Assembly: GCA_044866005.1 (NCBI GenBank)
Contig: JBIOTN010000242.1
Span: 1-18,921 of the forward strand
DNA length: 18,921 nucleotides
Origin: Candidatus Rokuibacteriota bacterium
Lineage (GTDB): Bacteria > Methylomirabilota > Methylomirabilia > Rokubacteriales > DASRDR01
Reading direction: 5' to 3'
The stretch's first letter is position 1. Each line of letters begins with the position of its first letter. Both the position numbers and the translations under genes were made by a program. Below are positions 1 through 7,343 of this stretch, piece by piece. A model generated the notes under the pieces. That model had not been told where the DNA came from. It ran no database searches and worked only from the letters and a program-made list of their open reading frames with translations.

Positions 1-613
1 CGGCATGCGCCACACGCACGACGACCTGGCCGGCACCGACGACGTGCCCCGGCTCAGCCAGAGTCTCGACTACCACGCCGTCCGCATCAGCAAGTAGGAC
101 TGCGTAGCCCGCCTCGTTGCGCGCTACGTCGGCCCGGGCCTCGGCCGCACTGAGTTCTGCTCTTGCCGCCTCGGCGGCAGCCTTGGCCTTGTCATACTCC
201 GATGCCGAAACCGCGCCGGGGGAGACGAGGTCGCGGTGTCGCGCCTCGTCATCCGCGGTCTGGCGCGCGCGCGCCTTGGCGGCAGCAACGGCCTCCTCGT
301 GCGCACGCATGGCGAGCCTCAGATCCGTGGGATCGATACGCATGAGCGGCTGGCCGCGGTTGACGGTTTGCCCGGCGTCAACGAAGCGTTCCACGACCTT
401 CCCGGGGACTCGGAATCCCAGGTCGCTCTGCACGCGGGCCGCGACGATTCCGGTGAACGAACGCTCTGACCGGACGGAGATCGCGACTGTCTCTATCCGC
501 ACCAGCGGAGGCTGCATCCGCGGGTCGGTTGAGGAAGAAGTAGCGTCATTGCATGCCGCCAAGACGAAGGGCAACAGACCGATGAGGCTAACCAAGGAAT
601 ATTTCCCGCTCAT
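1..613 (-). CDS. RND efflux periplasmic adaptor (membrane fusion) lipoprotein; partial, runs off the left edge
   Basis: Hand translation from ATG 613: MSGKYSLVSLIGLLPFVLAAC (lipobox) NDATSSSSTDPRMQPPLVR...FTGIVAARVQSDLGFRVPGKVVERFVDAGQTVNRGQPLMRID, then an Ala-rich coiled coil, then LLADADGVVVETLAEPGHVVGAGQVVVRVA. This is the typical MFP lipoyl/hairpin pattern. SD AAGGAG lies upstream. Absent from the ORF track because there is no stop in the window. Confidence 0.92.
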   Translation of the reverse strand, partial: MSGKYSLVSLIGLLPFVLAACNDATSSSTDPRMQPPLVRIETVAISVRSERSFTGIVAARVQSDLGFRVPGKVVERFVDAGQTVNRGQPLMRIDPTDLRLAMRAHEEAVAAAKARARQTADDEARHRDLVSPGAVSASEYDKAKAAAEAARAELSAAEARADVARNEAGYAVLLADADGVVVETLAEPGHVVGAGQVVVRVAHA

Positions 614-657
614 ATTGACGATCTCCTTTGCAGCGCGGCTGCCGTGGACCACGGCCA

Positions 658-952
658 TCAACGAACCGAACCGCCCGCGACGGCGGCGCACATTGATGAA
701 GCCAGAGGCGATAAGCCCGAGGCTTTGCGCCAGGAACACGTGCGACGGCTCGCCGGTCCAGCGCAGCGCGAGCCAGCCGGCGAGCGCCGCGACCGCAAGG
801 CGCGCCACGGTGCCGAGGAGCGGCCACGGCAACCAGCCTGCGCCTTGCGACGCGAAGTAAAGTGACAACGCGAGGCCGAACATTCCATAGAAGGGCCCGA
901 CCGTCCGGAGGTAAGCCGCTCCGACCTCGAGCCTCTCTTGTAGCGTCGTCAT
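658..952 (-). pseudogene. C-terminal remnant of a MATE-family efflux transporter
   Basis: From ATG 952: MTTLQERLEVGAAYLRTVGPFYGMFGLALSLYFASQGAGWLPWPLLGTVARLAVAALAGWLALRWTG...GFIN, which resembles the last helices of MATE transporters. A likely native tail (AAVAGG, stop at 658-660) sits in a neighbouring frame. Only about 90 aa of a roughly 450-aa family is present. Confidence 0.7.
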
Positions 953-1052
953 GGTTGGCTCTTCATGCCATCGATCCAATCCCTACTCGCGGGACTCGAC
1001 CGTCGTGTCCATCCATCGCTCCCTCTGCCTCCCGTGTTGTTCTTGCTGCGAG

Positions 1053-1072
1053 TATGATGCATATACATCATA
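1053..1072. promoter_or_regulatory. Palindromic operator, putative MarR site upstream of the efflux genes
   Basis: TATGATGCATATACATCATA is a 20-bp AT-rich palindrome with one mismatch. It shares the core GATGYATAYACATC with 1640-1653. Confidence 0.7.
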
Positions 1073-1110
1073 TGTGACGCAGCAGGGCCGTGAGGAGATT
1101 CAGCATTGAC

Positions 1111-1632
1111 TTAGCCTCGCTTGGCTTGGTGGCGAGGGGCGCCGGGGCTGGCCAGCGGCGTGCCGGACTCGAGGACGTGCACCGTGGGGACCACCTGCCG
1201 AAGGCCCGACGTCAGGGCCGCCCATGCCCGGGGACCCAGCGCGCCGACGAACCGTCCCTGAACGTTCTCCCAGATCGGGAGGGCATCTTCTAAGAGCCGG
1301 CGGCCCTCCTCAGTGAGCGCGGCGGTCCGCTCGCGCCCAGTCCGCCCGGGAAGGATCCGCAGACACCGGCGGCGGACCAGCGGTTTGACGGCGCGGTAGA
1401 GGGAGGTCCGATCGAGCACCAACCGCTCCGCCAGCCGGCTGAGGGGGATGCGACCGCTAAGGTGGACGGCCGCGAGAATGGAGAACTGGGTGCCAGTCAG
1501 ATCGAGCGGCGCGAATGCGGCCTCGTAGAACCTCGAGATGGCTCGGGATGCCTGCCGAAGCCCTCCCCCCGCGCACTCAGAGGCCACGCGGGCCGACAGC
1601 TCGGAGACTCGCTCGGGCCGTAACGTCGCCAT
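1111..1632 (-). CDS. MarR-family winged-helix transcriptional regulator (173 aa)
   Basis: ECAGGGLRQASRAISRFYEAAFAPLDLTGTQFSILAAV...LSRLAERLVLDRTSLYRAVKPL...GRERTAALTEEGRRLLEDALPIW. The start is placed at ATG 1632 because the ORF-track extension to 1686 overlaps a promoter. Confidence 0.92.
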   Translation of the reverse strand: MATLRPERVSELSARVASECAGGGLRQASRAISRFYEAAFAPLDLTGTQFSILAAVHLSGRIPLSRLAERLVLDRTSLYRAVKPLVRRRCLRILPGRTGRERTAALTEEGRRLLEDALPIWENVQGRFVGALGPRAWAALTSGLRQVVPTVHVLESGTPLASPGAPRHQAKRG

Positions 1633-1639
1633 CGAGTCT

Positions 1640-1670
1640 GATGTATACACATCGATTGGCCGCCTGTCAA
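1640..1670 (-). promoter_or_regulatory. sigma70-type promoter of the MarR gene, overlapped by the palindrome GATGTATACACATC (1640-1653)
   Basis: Minus strand reads TTGACA-17 nt-TATACA, then 9 nt to ATG. The palindrome covers the -10 element. Confidence 0.65.
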
Positions 1671-1686
1671 GAGGTAGTGGAGGCAC

Positions 1687-1737
1687 CTATGCCTGGAACT
1701 ATGCCCGCGACCACCCGGAACCCACCCAAAACCACCC
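1687..1737. repeat. Short direct repeats resembling integrase arm-type or excisionase sites
   Basis: CTATGCC at 1687 and 1699; CCACCC at 1711, 1722 and 1732 (about one helical turn apart). The repeats are seen directly; their function is inferred. Confidence 0.4.
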
Positions 1738-1759
1738 TCCGCCAGCCAACATCGAAACG

Positions 1760-1795
1760 AAAAACCCCCGGCAAGTCATCGACTTACGGAGGGGT
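1760..1795 (-). terminator. Intrinsic terminator-like hairpin with U-tract
   Basis: Minus strand: CCCCTCCGTAAGTC-GAT-GACTTGCCGGGGG-TTTTT, an imperfect stem located just downstream of the ligase remnant stop. Confidence 0.6.
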
Positions 1796-1813
1796 GTCGT
1801 TTGGCCGGCGAGC

Positions 1814-2172
1814 TTAAAAGACGGGGTGGCGCAGCAGGCCGCTCGGGAAGATTCCCCAGCAGAGGATCTGGGCGTGTCCCCGCCCCGGCGTCCAGTCGCC
1901 CATCCTCGAGACCCGCACCGCCTGCTCGACGGTCACGAGCTCGCCGCGTCGCGGATCCCGGTAGGCGAACGCCAGCACCGCGGCCTGTCCCACTCGCCCC
2001 AGGCGACGAGCTTTCCGGCGCAGTCGAGGACCTCGCCCTGGAGCGTGAGCTTCTGCTTCGCCTTCCACCAGGCCTTCGACCGGAGGCCCGGCTTGTAGAT
2101 TGAGCGGCGGTCCTTCAGGACGATGCCTTCGCCGCCGAGGTTGACCACCCAGGCGGCCCAGAGGCGCCGCGC
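1814..2172 (-). pseudogene. ATP-dependent DNA ligase, C-terminal remnant with a frameshift
   Basis: One frame has GGEGIVLKDRRSIYKPGLRSKAWWKAK (motifs IV/V). After a shift in the G run near 1990, a second frame gives GQAAVLAFAY...SGLLRHPVF* (motif VI-like). The N-terminal KxDG adenylation motif is absent. The 5' boundary is approximate. Confidence 0.78.
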
Positions 2173-2173
2173 G

Positions 2174-3725
2174 CCGGGGCTGGCCAGGCTCATGAACGCG
2201 CTCCGGCCGCAGCCGCCCTTCCAGGTGGTCGTAATGAGCGAGGAGTCGCGCTTCGGGCGTGAGCAGATCGAGACCGCGTATCTCTTCAAGCAGATCACGG
2301 ACGCCGGGGTCCGCGTCTTCTCCTATCTCGAGGATCGCGAGCGCACCCTGGACAGCGCGCTCGACAAGGTAATGCTCTCGCTAACGAACTTCGCGGCCGA
2401 GATGGAGCGAGAGAAGGCTCGGCAGCGGACGTACGACGCCATGCTGCGCAAGGCCAAGGCGGGATACGTCGCGAGCGGCAAGGTCTACGGTTATGACAAC
2501 GTCGAGATGGTGTCGGCGGCGCCAGGGACCGACGATAGGGGCACACGCCTCCACGTCGTCAGGCGGGTCAACGAGGAGCAGGCCGCCGTCGTGCGACGGA
2601 TCTTCGAGCTGTGCGCGGGGGGCAAGGGATTCACGCGCATTGCGAAGGCGCTGAACCAGGACGGCGTCACGCCGCCGCGCGGCGACGGGCGGGGCTGGGC
2701 ACCGACCGCCGTGCGCGAGATGCTCTACCGACCGCTCGATCGGGGCCAGATCGTGTGGAACAAGAGCCAAAAAGATCGACCGGGGCGGCACCAAAAAGCA
2801 GCGCCGGCGCCCACCTGAGGAATGGATCCAGCTCGACGCCCCCGACCTCCGCATCATCCCGGAGGATCTCTGGGACGCCGCCCATGCCAGGCTCGCTCAG
2901 GCCCGTGAGGCGTTCGCGCGCGCGATGGGCAGCGGTCAGCTTCTCGGGAAGCCTTCGAGGCTCGATCTGGACTCGCCGTATCTCCTGACCGGGATGGCGC
3001 GGTGTGCGCGGTGCGGTGGCGCGATCATCGCGATGACGCGGGGCCACGGGCAGAAGCGGGGGCACTTCTACGGTTGCGCGTACAACTACAAGCGGGGTGC
3101 GGCGGTTTGCCCTAACGACGTGCAGGTCCGTCAGGACGTCGTCGACAGGGCGCTCATGGACGCGATCGCCCGCGCACTCGACGACCGGATTCTGGAAGCT
3201 GCGATCGAGGAAGCACTTCAAAGACTGCGGTCTGGCCGAGAGCGGCACCTGGACCGGCGAACCGCGATTGAGCGCGAGCTCTCGCTGATCGAAGCGCGGG
3301 AGAAGCATCTGGTCGAGGGCATCGCCCGAGGCGAGCCGATGGATGCTCTCCTTCTCGCCCTGCGCCATGAGGAGAGCCGGAAGAAGACGCTGACCGCAGA
3401 GCTTGCCACACTCGTAGAACTGGAGAACGTGGCCTCGCTCGATGCCGAGCGGATCAAGCGAGACCTGCGGTCGCGCGCGGCGGACATCCGCGGGCTCCTC
3501 GGCCGCCATCTTCCGCAAACTCGCCAGATCCTGCGGAAGCTCGTCGTGGGTCGTGTGGAGTGCGAGCCTTTTGAGGAAGGTGACCGGCGCGGCTATCGCG
3601 TGTCCGGACAGGGCACCTACGCCCGCTTACTGTCCGCGGGTGAATGTGCCACTAGCGTTGGTGGCTCCAACGGGATTCGAACCCGTGTTTCGGCCTTGAG
3701 AGGGCCGCGTCCTAGTCCAGGCTAG
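2174..3725 (+). pseudogene. Large serine recombinase (resolvase + recombinase + zinc ribbon + coiled coil), 5'-truncated and frameshifted
   Basis: PGLARLMNAL...VVVMSEESRFGRE...FAAEMEREKARQRT...GKVYGY...AAVVRRIFEL...IAKALN...WAPTAVREML. Removing one A from the A5 run at 2769-2773 restores KIDRGG...EEWIQLDAPDLRIIPEDLW and joins it to LLTGMARCARCGG...FYGC. The N-terminal YxRxS catalytic-serine segment is missing. Confidence 0.9.
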
Positions 3726-3736
3726 ACGATGGAGCC
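3659..3736 (-). tRNA. tRNA-Glu(CTC)
   Basis: GGCTCCA...CGGCC-CTCTCAA-GGCCG...ACGGG-TTCGAAT-CCCGT-TGGAGCC-A-CCA; full cloverleaf with encoded CCA. Confidence 0.97.
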
Positions 3737-3762
3737 GACGCGCGCGGCGGCGTGAAGAAGAA

Positions 3763-3836
3763 TGGCTGGGAGAGGAGGATTCGAACCCCCGCTACGTGGT
3801 CCAGAGCCACGCGTCCTACCGCTAGACGATCTCCCA
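3763..3836 (-). tRNA. tRNA-Gln(CTG)
   Basis: TGGGAGA...CGTGG-CTCTGGA-CCACG...GGGGG-TTCGAAT-CCTCC-TCTCCCA-G-CCA; full cloverleaf. Confidence 0.97.
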
Positions 3837-3846
3837 GCGCAGGCCA

Positions 3847-3875
3847 ATTGTAACGACGCGTGACGCGCGAGTCAA
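3847..3875 (-). promoter_or_regulatory. sigma70 promoter of the tRNA-Gln/tRNA-Glu operon
   Basis: TTGACT-17 nt-TACAAT followed by a GC-rich discriminator, with the tRNA-Gln 5' end 10 nt downstream of the -10. Confidence 0.8.
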
Positions 3876-3980
3876 CCGTGGCGTGTCACGCGGCGCGCGA
3901 AAAGGAACACTCACATGTCTCGGCGCGGTCGGGGTCGGGGCGCGCCCGGGGAAATCCCGGCGAGGGGTGGGCGAAGGGTT

Positions 3981-4007
3981 GTGGCCGGCGGGATGCGCGC
4001 CGGCCAC
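3981..4007. terminator. GC-rich hairpin downstream of the small minus-strand ORF
   Basis: GTGGCCGGCG-7 nt-CGCCGGCCAC, a perfect 10-bp stem with no U-tract. Confidence 0.35.
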
Positions 4008-4023
4008 GGCGCTGGGCGGGTCG

Positions 4024-4266
4024 CTAGACGCCGGGGGGAGAACCGGCCCGGCGCCATCGATCGGCAGCCGGCGAGCCGGAATTCGCGAGCTGCGTGGACA
4101 TCTTGATGATCGACCACGACAGCAGCGCCACCGCGCCCAGGGCGATGGCGAGGTACGCCGTGAACGGCGCCCCCGGCGTATGATCGGCCGAAGCGACCGC
4201 GGGGCGCGTATTGCCCTGCCGCCCACCACCATCGACCGCTGCCTGCCCGGCGTAGAGGCGGGCCAC
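4024..4266 (-). CDS. Hypothetical small single-pass membrane protein (about 80 aa)
   Basis: GTG start with GAGG upstream, one hydrophobic stretch (FTAYLAIALGAVALLSWSII), fills an intergenic gap and is followed by a hairpin. No family recognised. Confidence 0.4.
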   Translation of the reverse strand: MARLYAGQAAVDGGGRQGNTRPAVASADHTPGAPFTAYLAIALGAVALLSWSIIKMSTQLANSGSPAADRWRRAGSPPGV

Positions 4267-4277
4267 ATCTCCGCCTC

Positions 4278-4286
4278 TGCTATAAT
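4278..4286 (+). promoter_or_regulatory. Extended -10 promoter for the permease/UbiD-like genes
   Basis: TGcTATAAT is an exact extended -10 consensus in very GC-rich surroundings, about 110 nt before ATG 4398. Confidence 0.65.
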
Positions 4287-4397
4287 GCCCCACGGCTCGG
4301 GACCGAGACCCACGCCGCGACCGACACGACGGCGAGCCGACGTGCCGCGACGCCGAACCCGCCCGGCCCAGGCCGGCTCAGCGAGGGCCACGCCACC

Positions 4398-4895
4398 ATG
4401 CACCTGCACGCCACCGACCTCATCATCTACGGGCTGGCCGTGGCCGTCACGATCGCCGCCTATCTCCGCGATCCGGGCGCGCCGCTCCTGGGGCTCCGGA
4501 CGTCCGCCTGGATCCTCCTCCAGATCCTGCCGCGCCTCGCGGCGGCGCTCGTGCTGACGGGGATGCTCCAGGTCCTGATCTCCCCCGAGTGGATCCAGCG
4601 CTGGCTCGGGCGGAGCGCCGGCAGCCGCGGCATCTTCATCGCGTTCGTCGCGGGGATCCTCACCCCCGGCGGCCCGATGGTGAGCTTTCCGATGATGGCC
4701 GTCTTCTACCAGTCGGGCGTCTCGCTCTCCGCGCTCGTCACCTACATCACGAGCTGGTCGCTCTTCGGCTTCCAGCGCGTGCTCGCCTGGGAGATGCCGT
4801 TCATGGGGCCGCGGTTCGTCGCCGCGCGCGTGCTGCCCACGCTCGCGCTCCCCATCGTGGCGGGGTATCTGGTCCGCCTCATCTACCGCGACTGA
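4398..4895 (+). CDS. Predicted permease (DUF318/ArsP-like small membrane protein)
   Basis: 165 aa with several TM segments; motifs IQRWLGRSAGSRGIFIAFVAGILTPGGPMVSFP and LVTYITSWSL. Confidence 0.8.
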   Translation: MHLHATDLIIYGLAVAVTIAAYLRDPGAPLLGLRTSAWILLQILPRLAAALVLTGMLQVLISPEWIQRWLGRSAGSRGIFIAFVAGILTPGGPMVSFPMMAVFYQSGVSLSALVTYITSWSLFGFQRVLAWEMPFMGPRFVAARVLPTLALPIVAGYLVRLIYRD

Positions 4896-4905
4896 CGGCG
4901 CGCCC

Positions 4906-6366
4906 ATGGCGTTCCAGGACCTCCGCGAGTTCCTCGCGCTCCTCGACAAGCGGGGCCAGCTCCGGCGGATCACCGCGCCGGTCAAGCGCGAGCTCGAGAT
5001 CACCGAGATCGCCGATCGCGTGGGGAAGGGGCCGGCGGCGGCCAACCACGCCCTCCTCTTCGAGCGGGTCGAAGGGTTCTCCATGCCCGTGCTCATCAAC
5101 ACCTTCGGCTCGGAGGAGCGCATGGCCTGGGCGCTCGGCGTCGAGCGCCTGGACGAGCTGGGCACGCGCGTCGCCGAGCTCCTCGACCTCCGCATGCCGG
5201 GCTCGCTCCTGGAGAAGTTCCGCAAGGGGCTCGAGCTCCTCGAGCTGGCGCGGATCGGCCCGAAGCGCGTGACGCGCGCGCCCTGTCAGGAGCTGGTCGA
5301 GACGGCGAACCCGTCGGTCGCCGACATCCCCGTGCTCTGGTGCTGGCCGAAGGACGCGGGCTACTACGTCACCTTCCCGCTGGTGATCAGCCGGGACCCC
5401 GCGACCGGCATCCGCAACGTGGGGACCTACCGGCTCCAGGTCTACGACGCGCGGACGCTCGGCATGCACTGGCAGACGCACAAGGGCGGCGCCGAGCACG
5501 AGCGCGAGGCGCAGCGCCAGGCCCGGGAGCGGGTCCCGGTCGCCATCGCCCTCGGCGGCGATCCCGCGACGATGTACACGGGGACGGCGCCCCTGCCGCC
5601 GGCGCTCGACGAGCTGCTGCTGGCCGGCTGGCTCCGCGGTCGCGGCGTCGAGACGGTCCGGTGCCAGACCGTGGACCTCGAGGTGCCCGCGCACGCGGAG
5701 ATCGTCCTCGAGGGCTACGTGGACCCCACGGAGTCGCGGCTGGAGGGCCCGTTCGGGGACCACACGGGGTATTACTCGCTCGCCCGTCCCTACGCCGTCT
5801 TCCACCTGACCGCGCTGACGCGGCGGCGCGAGGCCCTCTACCCGACGATCATCGTGGGCCGCCCGCCGATGGAGGACTACTGGCTCGGCAAGGCGACCGA
5901 GCGGCTGTTCCTCCCGATCATCCGGCTGATGCTCCCCGAGATCGTGGACCTGAACATGCCGGCCGAGGGCGTCTTCCACAACCTCGTCATCGTCTCGGTG
6001 AAGAAGCGCTATCCCGGCCAGGCGCGGAAGGTCATGTACGGGCTCTGGGGGCTCGGCCTCCTCATGCTCGCCAAGCACGTGGTCGTGGTGGACGAATGGG
6101 TGGACGTCCACGACCTCTCCGAGGTCGCCTGGCGCGTCACGAACAACATCGACCCCGCGCGCGACCTCGTCGTCGTGGAAGGGCCGACGGACGACCTCGA
6201 CCACGCCGCGCTCCGGCACCGCTACGGCGGCAAGCTCGGGATCGACGCGACCGAGAAGCGGCCGCCGCTCGACCCCGTGGAGCAGCCGTGGCCGGAGGAG
6301 ATCCGGATGAGCGAGGAGGTCCGCCAGCGCGTGGCCCAGCGCTGGCGCGAGTACGGGCTCGGCTGA
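4906..6366 (+). CDS. ubiD: UbiD-family prFMN-dependent decarboxylase, menaquinone-biosynthesis (MqnL-like) type
   Basis: MAFQDLREFL..., RNVGTYRLQ, GMHWQTHKGGAEH, EGPFGDHTGYYS, GRPPMEDYWLGKATERLFLP, DDLDHA...GGKLGIDAT; clustered with UbiA-like and UbiE-like genes. Confidence 0.95.
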   Translation: MAFQDLREFLALLDKRGQLRRITAPVKRELEITEIADRVGKGPAAANHALLFERVEGFSMPVLINTFGSEERMAWALGVERLDELGTRVAELLDLRMPGSLLEKFRKGLELLELARIGPKRVTRAPCQELVETANPSVADIPVLWCWPKDAGYYVTFPLVISRDPATGIRNVGTYRLQVYDARTLGMHWQTHKGGAEHEREAQRQARERVPVAIALGGDPATMYTGTAPLPPALDELLLAGWLRGRGVETVRCQTVDLEVPAHAEIVLEGYVDPTESRLEGPFGDHTGYYSLARPYAVFHLTALTRRREALYPTIIVGRPPMEDYWLGKATERLFLPIIRLMLPEIVDLNMPAEGVFHNLVIVSVKKRYPGQARKVMYGLWGLGLLMLAKHVVVVDEWVDVHDLSEVAWRVTNNIDPARDLVVVEGPTDDLDHAALRHRYGGKLGIDATEKRPPLDPVEQPWPEEIRMSEEVRQRVAQRWREYGLG

Positions 6367-7181
6367 CGGCGCATCGGCCGGCCCCACTCCGGGATCAGGG
6401 CGATGTCCAGACGGCCGTCGCCCCCGTTGTTCGGCTCGTTCGCGTCGCTGAGGGGCTCGCCCATGAGGCCGGTCAGCGTCGGCCAGACGAACTGGTGCAG
6501 GTCGTTGGCGTAGAGGTTGGCGATGGAACGGCCGCCCGCCACGTCCTTCGGCCACCAGATCTTCACTTTGTCGTTCAGGGTCACGAGAGATTCCCACAGG
6601 TCGGACACCGGGCAGCGCTGATCCGGCCGGCAGGGGAACACCGGCTGGGCCGGCCCTGGTGCTGCCGGTCTCCCACGGCCCGCCGCGCCGCCGCCCGCCG
6701 CCGGCGGCCCCGGGCTGGCCGCGCGCTGGGCGGCCCTGGCGCGCTGCTTCAGGTCGGCCCAGCTGCCCCGGTGGTACGGCGGCACCAGGAACGGTCCGAT
6801 CGCCTCCTGCACGCGCGGCGAAAGGCTGCGGTAGACCGCTCGCATCTGGCGTACCACGCGCTTCGTCGCGCCTTCCGAGACGTCGCCACCCGGACCGCGG
6901 TACTGGGACGGCAGCCCGGCGTTGCCGAACGCGGCGTAGGCCCGATAGAGCAGCGCCGTGTCCCGGTCGATTTTCCGGTCCGCGAGGGCCTGGTCGATGA
7001 GCTGGAAGGCCGTGGCTGGCGCCTCGGCGAGCTCACGCGCGGTGCGGGCAGCGCCCGCGGCGCCGGTGGCCGGCGGCGTCGGGGCGGCGGGCTGCGCGCC
7101 GGCGTCCGGCCGTGACGACGGCGTCACGGTACAGAGGAGCGCCAGCAGCCCGAGGATCCCGAGCTTCGGTCTCGCCCCCAT
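6222..7181 (-). pseudogene. Secreted protein, probably the 3'-truncated N-terminal part of a putative metallopeptidase
   Basis: Signal peptide (MGARPKLGILGLLALLC...), Pro/Ala linker, then a globular region ending PLSDANEPNNGGDGRLDIAL. The frame then runs 145 nt antisense into ubiD before stopping. No HExxH in the ORF. The family assignment is from memory. Confidence 0.6.
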
Positions 7182-7343
7182 GCAGGTTCCCCTCCCGACG
7201 CCGCGGAGGGCCCGGACGGTCGCCGGGCCGCCACGGCGGCGCCAGAGATTGGCTATCCGTACCGGGAACTCCGGCTGATTTCAAGCCATCGCCGGGGCCG
7301 GCCCTGGCGGCGCGCCACGGCATGGTCTATCCTGGCCCGGACG

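Larger units (their letters stand above)
1..3660. mobile_element. Degraded genomic island at the 3' end of tRNA-Glu; left boundary not in the window
   Basis: A recombinase abuts the tRNA 3' end, several gene remnants are present, and the cargo is efflux plus regulator. More A/T-ending codons than in the right-hand genes, judged by eye and not computed. Confidence 0.75.

Noticed and set aside
117..860. 247-aa plus-strand ORF
   Set aside because: Antisense shadow of the MFP/MATE frame.
2123..2173. ATG 2123 as the recombinase start
   Set aside because: These codons are the antisense of ligase motif IV and lack the catalytic YxRxS, so this is not a native start.
1..3658. Second att copy (duplicated tRNA-Glu 3' end) delimiting the island
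   Set aside because: No match to TGGTGGCTCCAACGGGATTCGAACC was found by eye; it is probably outside the window or deleted.
4290..4397. Riboswitch in the roughly 105-nt permease leader
   Set aside because: GC-rich and foldable, but I recognised no known aptamer motif.
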